From the human T2T-CHM13v2.0 reference genome, Homo sapiens: a stretch of DNA of 64,000 nucleotides. This document shows, in pieces, positions 1 to 12,640 of the stretch. The notes beneath the pieces are model-generated. The model made no database searches, was not told where the DNA came from, and worked only from the letters and a program-made list of their open reading frames with translations. Where the stretch lies: positions 28,160,001 to 28,224,000 of the forward strand of contig CP068257.2 in assembly GCA_009914755.4 (NCBI GenBank). The letters are read 5' to 3'. Position 1 is the stretch's first letter. Each line of letters opens with the position of its first letter. The position numbers were made by a program, and so were the translations under genes.

Positions 1-881
1 TGATAAGATAATTATAACTTGTTTTTCCCCTAATATTCCAGACATTTCATAATGATCAAATGAAATGACCACATATGAAAGCAATTTCTTTAAAAACAGC
101 CTGTAATTCCCTAACAATTTAGTGCATAGAAATCATCAATTATTAAATTAATGGAGAAAAACGTATATTTTTAAATATCGATTTTAAATAACTGACTCAG
201 TAGCACATCTCACTAAAATCCAGATCTGTACATGTCACTGTGTTAGAGAAACATTATCTCACTTTTAAAAGCCCAGCAAATATTTTCACAACCTTAAAAT
301 ACTACTTGAGGAAGTTACTTTGGGTTTACAGTCAGCTATTATAGTTCTATAATTGTCAAGCTATGAAACATCATCATCATGGTTAAAAGTAAATGGAAGC
401 AAAATGTACCTCGTTCCTTGTGGATCTGTGAGTTAACCAGTACATGGGACCTGCTTTCTGAATAGTACCTAGGCAGTTGCATATATTATGTGTTAGAAAC
501 TGTTTTCTTTTTATGTACTGATTTTTCCAGGTACAGAATAATGTAGTTGGGTTTCTTGGGCTTTTGTGTTATTGTACAGTTTGTTTTTCATGGTAAAGAG
601 AAAGTTGGGGAAATAGAAATATGTCTCTGAGTAACTAACTCATTATTGGTAATAATTCCAACTGGGATTTTGTCCAGAGACAACTAGTGAAAGAGGCTTC
701 CTCTTCATTCACTCCATTTACTCTCCTGGAAGTATGATCATATAATTTATCATCCCAAATGACAGCATTTTTGAGTGCTGGTAAAACAGATGTAAATCAG
801 AGATGTCCTGGGCAAACAGAATGTAAGGTCACCCTGGCTGTCACTCAGGAAGCTCCCAAGCTTCCTGATGCTTTGCTCTAA

Positions 882-1199
<318 letters not shown>

Positions 1200-2519
1200 T
1201 AAGATTGGTTAATTATCTATGATTTCTATTTTTCCCTGATCTTTTACACCAGTTCACACCATGTAAAATGACTTCCCTTTGAGCTATCCTTGCTGCTCAG
1301 GTTCCTGATCTCCCAGCAGCTGGTCTTCAAGCCTCTCTGGGTAACCTGTGATATCTTCATCAAGTATTCTCATTTTCTCCACACATTAGACCAATATTAT
1401 TACTCCTTTCTTATCCTATTGCCCCATATTGCTCCACCTGAATTAATGTAAACTTTTTTTATAATAGTTTCTCAGATGCTAATAATTTCAACAGTCTTCA
1501 AGACCACAACTAAAGAATTTCCCGAATACTCTTTATCCATGCTACTTGACACTTCCTACACAGAAATAACTTTTGATGACTCTGTGAACAGATAAAGGCT
1601 CATTACTTTTAACATTTTCTAATAATTTAATGTATTTCCTCTTTTTTACTTGCTAGCAAGAGAGTTGCATATCATGAATCTTTTCTTTTGATAGTGAGGC
1701 TATCAACTTTTTCTTTTTTTCTGCTTGTAAGTCTGTCTAACTTGTCTCATATTTGGACAATGAGCTTCTAATGCTGTCCAGGGTTGTCAAAATCATACTT
1801 CTTCAATTCATTTGCCTACTCCATGACTACTGGAAATGGCCACATTTGTACATTATCACCCTTAAGATGGACACAATTTGTTTATGTTTCTAATTCTTAG
1901 CTTTGTCTCTTGAAATAAAGGATAGGACTCAGTTATTACATATTCAAAATTTTGTGTGCATTTTGTCATTGCAGGCCTATTTATTAAGAAAGTTTATGAA
2001 AATGTGTCCACACATCTACAAGTTTCAGAAATTTGAATTATATCTCATTCTTAGTGGGCTAAATAATGTGGAAGAAATTAATGCTGACAGCAGTCATCAT
2101 CTCTTAGTCTTCATTCTATCCCCAAGGCTGAGTGTGGTTCTTGGGTCTTTGAAGTCCCTAGTTAATGTCCATTTAATGAATGGAGACCAAAGTAAAATTT
2201 GGAGAAAGACCTAAACTGCCCCAATCAATTTAATGATAACTGATACAGGTCAAGTTTATTGTTATATTTTAATTGTTAATTTTCACCATTGAGATTATAT
2301 AATTTTAATTACAGAAATTATATCTGTATAATATATTATACATTATATATTCTATTGCGTATCATATAAAATATTATGTAAGCTATTTTGTAACTTTAGG
2401 CACTCAGCAATTGATCTGATCTCTATTATAAGAAGTGCAGCGTATCTGTTTTTTTCTTGGTTTCCATTATTATACATAGTTAACAAAGCTACATCTAAAC
2501 CAACATTAAAACAGAATTT

Positions 2520-2846
2520 GGGATGGGTGAGGTAGCTCACACCTGTAATCCCAGCACTTTGGGAGGCCGAGGTGAGCAGATCACTTGAGGCCAAAAGTTC
2601 GAGACCAGCCTGGCCAACATGGTGAAACCCCATCTCTACTAAAAATACAAAAACTAGTTGGGTGTGGTGGTGCATGTCTGTTATCCCAGCTACTCGAGAA
2701 GCTGAAGTAGGAGAATCACTTGAACTGGGGAGGAAGAGGTTTCAGTGAGCTGAGATCACACCACTGCCCTCCAGCCTGGGTGACAGAGGGAGACTCTGTC
2801 TCAAAAGCAAACAAACAAACAAACAACAGAAAAAAAAAAAGAAAAA
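2520..2846 (+). mobile_element. Alu SINE (sense) with (CAAA)n/poly-A tail
   Basis: ggtagctcacacctgtaatcccagcactttgggaggccgagg...gcctgggtgacagagggagactctgtctcaaa, followed by caaacaaacaaacaaa and a poly-A run. Confidence 0.9.
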
Positions 2847-5346
2847 CCCACAGAATTTAGTTGGTTTCTAATGCGTTAGTACAAAAGTAAACATTTTAAA
2901 TAGCCATAGCAGAAGGTGAAACTTTCCTATTATCAGGAAATCAGGTAGCGGCTATCAAGCTGCCAGCAAGACAGTGTCCTTACCTGCAAAAAAAAGAGGA
3001 ATGAAGCTCAGAGATACACTGACCTTTTGTACTATGTGGGGAAAGGCTGCAATCATTTTCTTAAGCCTGTGTGAAAAATGTTTCTGGTATACTTTATGTC
3101 TTTGTGCATGGGAGGAAGGTCTGAGGAAGCCACGCAGAAAGCATCAGTGGCCAGAGAATAATTGCTGCCAATCAGGCCTTTCTCACCCACGGTTCTGAGA
3201 TGGAGGAGTTGTCATGTGTACAAATGAATTCCTGATGTGACAGGCTGCCATGAACAGTGATATTTGGCTTCTGTTTCTAGTTGATTATACTACAAATCTA
3301 TTCCTGGAGTGGAGAGATGTAGAGACATTGAAGCCAATGTATACGGGGAAGCTGTGTATTATATATGCACCCTCTCAGTTTTCACCCATTCACAAATTCC
3401 TGCCTGGACAAAATAATTCCATCACACAGCCTCGTAATTTATTTATAGTTAATCTATGACATATATGTAATTAGTTGCATTTGTCAATATAATAAAAATG
3501 TTGAATTTGCAAGGATAGTAGGCAAAATTCTTCACTAATTTTTGATCACCTTGAAAAGAACAGTTCCATTTAAAAGTTGTAGAGTTCTACATGAAGAGCA
3601 ACACAATGCCTGAGCTTGTCATTTTTCTTTAACAATGTCCCGCCTAGATTTCTTTTATCAAAAAAGTACAACGTTTTCTCCCACTAGATGAGGTTTCCTC
3701 TTGCAATGCCCAATCATCCCTTTATTATTGCCTCCTCTGAGTAGATACTGCATCCTACACTCTTCATGAAATTCAGCTCTTTCTTCAGTGATGAAAAACA
3801 AATAAAGTCTGTTTTTCAGTTTGTTGGTTTTTAGTCCCAATGAGTATGTTTTCTTCTTTTGTTTTGTACTCATATGTAAGTCCCCAGAGTACTTCTAAAA
3901 CAAATTATAGAGAATAGGTGGCATCTACTCAACATGATGAGTCCTGAATACCGACTGGAAGAAATTGACTTTATTTATTAAAGATCCTTTCTATCTACTG
4001 TCTTTTATAATATACTTGGCTGTCTGTCTTGCATTGATCCAACCTGATAATAAGCTTTATTAGGTCTATCCTCTGAACATCCAAGGATACTGCTGCTAAA
4101 AATTCTTAGGCGAATGGGAAGTAATGACTTACCAGATTCTCAATTTAGGTTTTATTGGTGACCTCACTGAAAAAGCTAACAATAGGATGGATAAAATTTA
4201 ACTCTACTACGTACTCCAGGATTATCGTTCATTACTTTAATGTAAGTAGTGCTAAGTAGTTTAGCATAACTTTAAACACACAAGTTCTTTTTCTTACAAC
4301 TATATAGCTTAGAGCCCTAAGATGATTTAGTTGTTCAAATTTTTCCCTAAAATTCTGCAATTTGAATAAATATGAGAACTCCAAGTGAATTCCAGTCTTA
4401 ACATTGTATCACATTAAATTGAAGAAAGAAAAGCAAGACAACTACCACAGTGCCTTTTAAAAATCCTTCATTCATTACCTGCATTTCTCAAAGAATTTTA
4501 GAGTGATTTCAAAGAACATTAAAAGAAACACTTTTCAAAGTCCACTTTCCTCTCAATTCCTGTCTCCAAATACTCCTCGGCATGTCCAAAGCCTCTTTGG
4601 GTTGCTCAAAGCAGTATTAACGTGCTGACAAATTCTAGGGACTCTGTATATTAATTCTCCTTAAACATTGGTGGGTTAAAAATGACACTATATAGTCCGA
4701 AGACATCACCTGGCTGGCTTGCTTTACTTGGTGGTTGGTTTGGTTAGATGCTGTGTTTGGTGGAGGTAGGAGTGAAGATTGGAGAGAGGCTGAGAGAGAT
4801 CGATGCTAAATTAATTCCATTTGTCCCTACTGACAATCAACAAAAGATTACCTCCAGATAATACTATCTCAGAGAACACCTGAGAACTGTAAACATTGCC
4901 TGGAATTGTCACATTCCAAGAATGCCAGCAATCCCAGGCTAAACCTCATCATCCAAAATAAAGGTTATCAACCCTTTTCCTCATATCAGTTACATGGAAA
5001 CAATCACATCTTCCGTCTTGGACATTTCAACCTTTAATGTGCCATCAAAGCATTATATTTAAAAATCTGTCTTGCTTAATTTTATAATTAGAAGAACTGG
5101 AAAAGAATTGCAACCGTTTTAAGACATTTAGACTGACATGGACACTTACCATATGTAAAACCACATGGCGCTGTTATGCTATTCACGGAATGTCTCACTT
5201 AAGGTAGAGAGTAGAATATCTTCCACTTAACATGTAAACAAATGTTTAAAGACATTAGGTGACCTGTCCAGGGACACACAGCCAGTAAAGGCCAACCTCA
5301 GATTTAAACCCAGCTGTATCTCACTCCAGAGCCCCAGAGCCCAGGT

Positions 5347-5686
5347 GTTTTTGTTTGTTTGTTTGTTTTCATTTGTTTTTTGTTTGTTTGTTTGTTTTTT
5401 GAGATGGAGTCTCACTCTGTCGCCCAGGCTGGAGTGCAGTGGCACAATCTTGCCTCAGTGCAACCTCTGCCTCCTGGGTTCCAGCGATTCTCTTGCGTTA
5501 ACCTCCCAGGTAGCTGGGACTACAGGCATGCACCACCATGCCCGACTAATTTTTGTATTTTTAGTAGAGACAGGATTTCACTATGTCGGCTAGGCTGGTC
5601 TTGAACTCCTGACCCCAAGTGATCCACCTGCCTTAGCCTCCCTCCCAAAGTGCTGGGATTATAGGCATGACCCACAGTGCCCAGCC
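5347..5686 (-). mobile_element. Alu SINE (antisense) with (TTTG)n tail
   Basis: A (TTTG)n/(T)n leader, then gagatggagtctcactctgtcgcccaggctggagtgcagtgg ... ctcccaaagtgctgggattataggcatgacccacagtgcccagcc. Confidence 0.9.
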
Positions 5687-6897
5687 AGTTTTTTTAAACA
5701 GACAACATTTATATTCAAGTAGAAATTCCACTTATGGTATTACTAAAGAGGTCATTTTAAGGTTAAACCATTATTGGCTCTACAGTAAAGTGTGAATGAA
5801 TTTTGTTAAGTGGAAAATAATAAAATTTATTTAATCATAAGAGGCTTCTCCGAACTTCTTCTGCAAATGAGATTGTTGTACTGAGGAGTCTCCTAGGGTC
5901 ATAACAGCTTGCAAAGTACATCGTTCTCTTATGCCATGGCATGAGAATTTAGACAGTTCCTTTTTCTGTGGGTACATGACAGCAAATCCCTTATAAGTTA
6001 TCTGGATCACAAAAATGAAATACACGATCTGGCTTTCTTAAAGCCTACATAGCCCAAAGCACTGGCCCTTTAGCTGCTCCCTCTAGGCATGCAACAATTC
6101 AATGCTACCAGGCATTTCCTTTCTTATGTGTCAGGGCTTATCTCTGAGAACAGTAGAAAGTGATTTTACAAATCGAAAGGAAAACAACTTTTCTCCACCA
6201 TGTGTATGCATTCTTACAAACCCATACTGGCCCATTTTCCCCACTCTAAAAGCTTTTAAAAAGAAGACACCTTTATTAAGCAAGCATTACAAGTCAGCAT
6301 TATTGTATTCACACATATATGACAGAATGGACTATAGCGAGAGTATGTACCCAGGTCTTGCAACTTTAAAAAGGGAATGTGTTCTTAACATTTCCTAATG
6401 GTCAATTGTTTCTTTATTGTACTTGATGAATTCTTGTTGGAATTTCTGTTGGCTCAATAAACCAAAAACTCTTCAAATGAAAATAAAGTTAATGAAACAA
6501 ACCAACCCGTTCACGCATTAGGCTTTTGATGAATACCTTCTGTGCACCTAACACTATAGTAGATTGTGTAGAAAACACAAGAAAGTATAAGACATGGTCT
6601 ATACCACAAAGATACTTTGTATATTGGAAGATGAACACTGTCACACAAGTATGAACAAAAAATGGTAAGACCCTGTATGTAGACAAGTCGGAGGAGGGAG
6701 AAAGAGGATCCATGGTCTATACCTGAGTGCCTGAGGACAGGGTGAGGCAGCTGATGGGAGAGGGCAAAGGGCGGTAATTGCTTTGATTTTGCCTCATCAC
6801 AACTCCAAAGCCAGCAACTGGTTTACAAAACAAGGGCCATGATCTCACTGAAAATAATATTACAAGAGATCCGATGGTGGATCATTTAACTTTTAAT

Positions 6898-6995
6898 GCT
6901 CTCATTTTACAAGTGAAGAAATCAAGACAGACTGGTGTTGAGTACCTTGTTGAAGACCACATGGTTGACTAGGGACAGAAATGAGCTTAGAGCCA
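6898..6995 (-). mobile_element. MIR SINE fragment (antisense core)
   Basis: ctcattttacaagtgaagaaatcaagac...ttgttgaagaccacatggttgactagggacagaaatgagc aligns to antisense MIR ccccattttacagatgaggaaactgagg...ttgcccaaggtcacacagctagtaagtggcagagc. Confidence 0.45.
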
Positions 6996-7087
6996 GGAGT
7001 AGTGACTCTTTGGAATGCTTTTAAGTTGACCATTTCTTCTACACTGGCCTCCCATACACGCAGGCTATTTTTTGACTTACTCTTCTA

Positions 7088-7167
7088 TTAGGTGGGTACA
7101 AAAGTAATTGCGGTTTTTACCATTACTTTTAATTGTAAAAACCGCAATTACTTTTGCACCAACTTAA
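7088..7167. mobile_element. MADE1 (Hsmar1-derived 80-bp palindromic MITE)
   Basis: ttaggtgggtacaaaagtaattgcggtttttaccattacttttaattgtaaaaaccgcaattacttttgcaccaacttaa is an 80-bp near-perfect palindrome. It matches the MADE1 consensus TTAGGTTGGTGCAAAAGTAATTGCGGTTTTTGCCATT...AATGGCAAAAACCGCAATTACTTTTGCACCAACCTAA, including the TTAGGT.../...ACCTAA termini with their TA dinucleotide. Confidence 0.85.
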
Positions 7168-8231
7168 TAAATAGTACTTACCTCTTTTTAAATTTAGCTG
7201 ACACGGTCCAAAAAGTGGAAAAGTCACAGTTAATTATTTTTAGTCAGGCTATTGATCAGGGGCTTAAATCAAATACCCAAACTGAATTCAGACTTCACTA
7301 ATTTGCTGAAGCTTGAAATGTGGAAAAAAGCCCCAAACTTCAAGGTTTGTGAAACCTGGATCATCATTTTGACTGACTACCAGTGTGTACTAACTGGAAC
7401 TATTTTCAGTAAAATTATTTTACGGAAATTAGTAAAAAAAGATTCAGCATGTTTTACAAGAAGACAGCATGAAGATATAGGGCTGTGAAGTTCTGCAACT
7501 CTGTGGACATATTTTCAATTAATTTTCACATACGCAGATATTGAAAACTATATGTATATAAGAACATAAACTCTTTATAAAACAATTCTCAATTCAAAAA
7601 TTATTGGTTAAAGAAATACTGTTCTTCTACAATTATAGCCCAGTGATAATTATAACCTAGGATTCTACTGGACTTTATTTCATAAGGCAATTCTTTGACG
7701 ACTCTACCCACTCTCTTTTTTTTCTTTTCTTTTTTTCTTTTGTAGAGATAAGCATCCATTATGTCTCACTTTATCAGACTTTGTGAAACAAAGCAAACAG
7801 CAAAAAAGAAGCTGGGAGATGGAAATTCAGAGGTGCAAGAAATTTCTCATTCATATCTTGGCATTTATTTCTCCCTGAGGCAAAAATGGATGGAACCATT
7901 TCAGAAGCTGAGTTTTCCAGTTATGCTGAAACTGAGAGGAAAAAGCTCCCCTCAACTGCCAGACACATGGAAGGCACTAGAAGGTGCCCCAACATGACTA
8001 GAAAGATCTGAATTCTCAATTGTCTCTGAATTCAAAAATTGTGGAGTCAGAGCTCTCAGTTTTTCTTACATCTAAATGTCAAGCCCTGCTATTAATCTTT
8101 TTAGAAAATATATTTATGACCTTCCTTACTCTTTATGTCTCTGACTACCTTAACTTAAGGCTTTATTACAAAATGCCTTCGGTAAGCCTCAGGTTTGTTA
8201 CTTTTGACTCTTGACAATCAAATTGACTTTC

Positions 8232-8300
8232 ACCCTCTCCCTCTTTCAGTCTCTCTCTCTTTCTCTGTCTCTCTCTCTGCCTCTTCCCACCTCCAACACA
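8232..8300. repeat. (CT)n/(TCTC)n imperfect microsatellite
   Basis: ctctccctctttcagtctctctctctttctctgtctctctctctgcctcttccc. Confidence 0.8.
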
Positions 8301-10689
8301 CAGTAGAATAACTTATTTTCAAAAAAAATATTGCTCTTGTTACTTTCCTGCCCAGCAAACTGTTGCACCAAATGAAAATCTTTTTGTCTGGATCTCATCA
8401 TCCTCCATTCTGTCCTCCAAATTGATTCACTGTGCATCACGCTCTCTGCATCCCATACAGCTTCTAAGATGATCTCTGTAGTTTGGTTCAGGCTATTCAC
8501 ACTGACTGAAATGCAATTTCAAGCCTCCATGTCTATACCAATCATAAAAACAGAAACCCGAAAGAATCTCTCCTTGACTATCCATCATCTGCGATCCATT
8601 TTGAACCCTCTGTCTGCCAAGAAATGTGTCTTGACCAATCTAGCTCACATAAAGTATATACTGACTTGTTTCCAAAATTACAACTTAGAATTTGATCCCG
8701 GATCTTCCACTAGTATGCTATATGACTCACAATACGTTGCATGTTCCTTGAGGGAGGCACTATATAACGCTGGATGCATGGCTGAAATGTGCTGGCAGTC
8801 ATAGTGTCCAGCACAGTCCTATAGATATGAAGGTTTCTTATTAATTGATTATTATCAAAGACCTCAAGCAGACAGTGAAATTTTATTACATAATGCTGTA
8901 GTTTTTTTTCACACTCTAATGCTTGATGAGATGTGGATATTTACGATCTGAATTTGATGAGTGGATAACTATCCCTTAATAGACAATCTGGTGGTCAGAT
9001 GTAAAGTAACCATAACTCCATCCTCCCGGCTGTTCCATGTTCTTCTATGTGAGATTTGTTCCTAAATTCCAACTTTATTTATTTTTAAAAATAATTTTGT
9101 AAAATGCAAAAAAAGCATTTTAATAAGTAAGCAAATGCCATAGTTATGGTTGCTGCAGGGTTAATTTATTCATCTTTCACAAGCTAAATGTTAACGCATA
9201 CATCTAAGTGCCAAAGTAATCAGCAATTATATGCACCACATAAGCAAATGAACATGTCACCATTACATTCTTTACATTTCCTGCCTCTTATCCTGGAACA
9301 GGATTCAGAAAAGTGTCAATAGAATGCAGGAGAATGCCATGTGTTGTGTTGAGAGAATTTTCTGGGCTGGGGCTCTGAACTTCAAAGACAATTTTGGGTA
9401 TAAGCTGGTGAGAGAAACCCTGGTGGCTCTTCTTTATAGCAGGGCTTTCACTAAGTAAATGGCCCCATGTGCACTCTGAAGAGTTGTGGAGGATGGGCTA
9501 GCTAACTTCCTAACTCTGTGAATACATGGTTCAGCTCTGTGCAAATCCACAATTGGCTTACTGACTCACAAAATTGGTAAGTGAGGAAAAAAAATATGTT
9601 TTTTTTTCCCAGCTAAGATGGCTATTATTTTCCTAAGCTCAGCATCCTTCCTCCATTGCTTTATCCAAGCAATAGACCCCATTCCTACCTGTAAGTCTGT
9701 ACACATGATCGAGGATGATCCCATTGACTCATTTCTTGGAATTATTTCTAGTTGGGGTCTGTAAGGAAGAGATCCTTTTCTCTTCTATCATGGAATGTAA
9801 GGAGAAGGAAAAGAGCTGACTGTAGCTATGTGTCCAGCATCAAGTAGATAAACCTGGTCTGGGAGAATAAACCTGATACACTAAGGCAAAGGGTTGGAGG
9901 ATGGACAGAAGCTCATAATGGCATTAGATGTCTTGACCCCATCGTTTCAGTTATTCCAAAACCAGCTCAGCTTTTTCTTTGAATGTGAGATCTACCTCTT
10001 TATCTTGATAATAACTCCCCCATATATCCATTTTTCCCCTAACCTACATCTCGCTCATACGTAATCAAAGAAAAGTGTCTAAAACATCAACCAAGGCAAG
10101 GGAGAAATTTTTTAAGCCAAATTTTCATCAGAGAAAAAGAGATTCTAAAGATTTGCCACTCTCCTTCCCCATCAGCATGTCTAGTTTCCATACCTGGCTT
10201 GAAAATGCTTGCACCAAAGTGCTTCCTAAGAAAGATTTGTGTGCTTGAAAGAGATTTCTTTAATTAGACAATAGAGCATGGTCCATTTTCAACTCCAATT
10301 AAAAAAAAAAATGAAGACAAAACGCTAAACTTGCCTCACTAAGTGCAATCTTATTTGAATACAATGAATATAGAAGAAGCTGAATCTAATTATAAAGTCA
10401 GCAAATGGTAATATCAGGATGTTGAGGCTAATGTTTTTTGCACTGTATGATAGTAGGGCAAATTATTTTCAGTTTAATTGTAAAGCTTTCTTTAAAGAGA
10501 GAAATGACACATTCTATGTTATCATTTGCTACTTTTAAAAAGTTATAAAAATATGAACGGCTAATGTTTGGGGAACTTTCCCCTGCTATTATTCTTGCAT
10601 GCAAATGCCAGTTTGTGTGTGTAAAAAGAAAGGTATCTGTGGGAAGTTAGTTATACATAAGTGTCATTAAAAATACTAATAGCAAACTT

Positions 10690-10860
10690 GTATAGTATTT
10701 ACCATAGACCAGGCACTATCCTAAACTTTCATATGACTTCATTTTGCCCTCATAATAGTCTTATCAACTATTATTATCCCCATTTTACATATTAGAAGGC
10801 TGAAGTTCTGAGACTAACTTCACCTCTTAAAGGCAAGCTGATGTGATGGAGTGGACAACT
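10690..10860 (-). mobile_element. MIR SINE (antisense)
   Basis: ccaggcactatcctaaac...ctattattatccccattttacatattagaaggctgaagttctgagactaacttcacctcttaaaggcaagctgatgtgatggagtgg aligns to antisense MIR gtgccaggcactgttctaagc...tattattatccccattttacagatgaggaaactgaggcacagagaggttaagtaacttgcccaaggtcacacagctagtaagtggcagagc. Confidence 0.6.
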
Positions 10861-12534
10861 TTGTTTGCCTAACCAGCCTCTATTTGTTTTTCCTTTTCCT
10901 TTCTCATGAGTTTCTAGATTTTGTGGGGATATGCAGCTTATGAACTTCATGGGAAGCTAAGCCCACTCTGAGTATGAATGGGCACAAACCACCCCTCCAC
11001 CCCCTGCAGCCACAGTTATTAGACCTAAGAGAGCCAAAAAGGGCAAATCTCAGCCTAGTTGTTAGAATGCTAGAGCAGGCTTTGCTCACTCATTCACAAA
11101 TCATGTGATATGTGGTTATAAAGCCTGGAACTGCTGCAGCCACTTTATCACTATGGGTAACAGGTTCAGCAGGAAGCTGATAGTGCAGAAGGCAGGGAAG
11201 AGTAACCGAAGCCACTAGGTCCTTTATGACATCATTGGGCCACTGATCAAACTGGCCCTGAAATCTGATTCACCATGAACTTCCAGTGTTATTAGCCAAT
11301 AAATCTCCTTTAGGGGTTAAGCTAATTTTCAAATCAAATGCAGTGTAATTTACCTGCCTTTTAAATTTTGAAGACTAAGAAGAAATTGTTTTCTTCTAGT
11401 GGATAAACAACTCCACTAGAGTGAGTGGGGTGAGAATTAGGTACTTTATAAAGCTAAATTAATTCCAGTCAATAAAGCAATCACCAACACACATATTTGC
11501 TTATTGTGTGTTGGTTAGTGTATATAGGAGAGTACTAATGCACAGGGTGCCAATTCTCCCCACCTGACACCTATAGCAGACATTGCTAGTCAGCCATTAT
11601 GGTGCTCCTACTGAGCCAGCTTTCCTTCTCATCAGTGTTTGAGGTAACCACAGTCAAGAGACCAGAGTTGGCAAGGGAAACCTGTGATCACTGATATAGG
11701 TAGTCACTGATTGTTGCTAAAATATATACCTGGAAATTTGGTGAAATCTCTGCATCATAAATCAGCATTTCTCCACAGGGACACTATTAATAACTAGGAG
11801 TTGTGTTGCCATATAAGAAACCAAACATGCTATAAATCACAGAGTAATAAAAAACATGACATGAAAACACAAGTCGACTATAAAATTTTATAATAATCTA
11901 GAGTAAATAATAAAATTGTGCTGTGACACCAATAAACAGTCTTACATTTACTGTATGCATTTATTTTATAAGGTATCCCACTATATTATGAATAGTATTT
12001 ATGCTTATAAAATTATAATTCTGTTGCATCAAAATTTTACACAAAATGAATCTATAATCTGCTATCATATTAATTGAACTTTTCATTGACATTGATATTT
12101 TAATTTAGATTGACTTTCTTGGTGTAATTGGGTGATCCATCCAGGTCATTCAAAAACCAGCGAATCAGTCAGCCAATAACAAACCAATTATCCAATTAAG
12201 TTACAAAGCTTTTTTTTTTCTCTCAATACAAAACCCTACAATAAGTTGACAGATTCAGAATCATTCCTCTGCGATTACGGAAATACTTAGATTAGCAGGT
12301 TTATGATAATCATTTTGGCATTATTTTCCCACTGAAAATGATTTTAAAACGTAATGTCATTTGACCCTCTCTTGCCTTATCAACTCTAAATGTAGGTAAT
12401 TCCATATTATTTAAATATCAATACTAAGGGAGTATCATCCATATTGATCAATCACTAGGTAGGGGCCTTTTAAGACATTTGTTTAGGCAACCATCCCATA
12501 GCCCTCTATTAAGTTATTGTAGAGTCTAGCATTA

Positions 12535-12640
12535 ATTAATTCATATACTGAGTACTTACCTTGCGCTGGGCACTGAAGATATGTAACAATAAACAAACCA
12601 CACAGGATCTTTGTTTATATAGGGCTTATTATAATAATTC
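12535..12640 (-). mobile_element. MIR/L2 3'-end fragment (antisense)
   Basis: aattcatatactgagtacttaccttgcgctgggcactgaagatatgtaacaataaacaaaccacacaggatctttgtttatatagggcttattataat resembles the antisense L2/MIR 3' end tattgagcacctactatgtgccaggcactgttctaag...acagcagtgaacaaaacagacaaaaatccctgccctcatggagcttaca. Confidence 0.4.
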
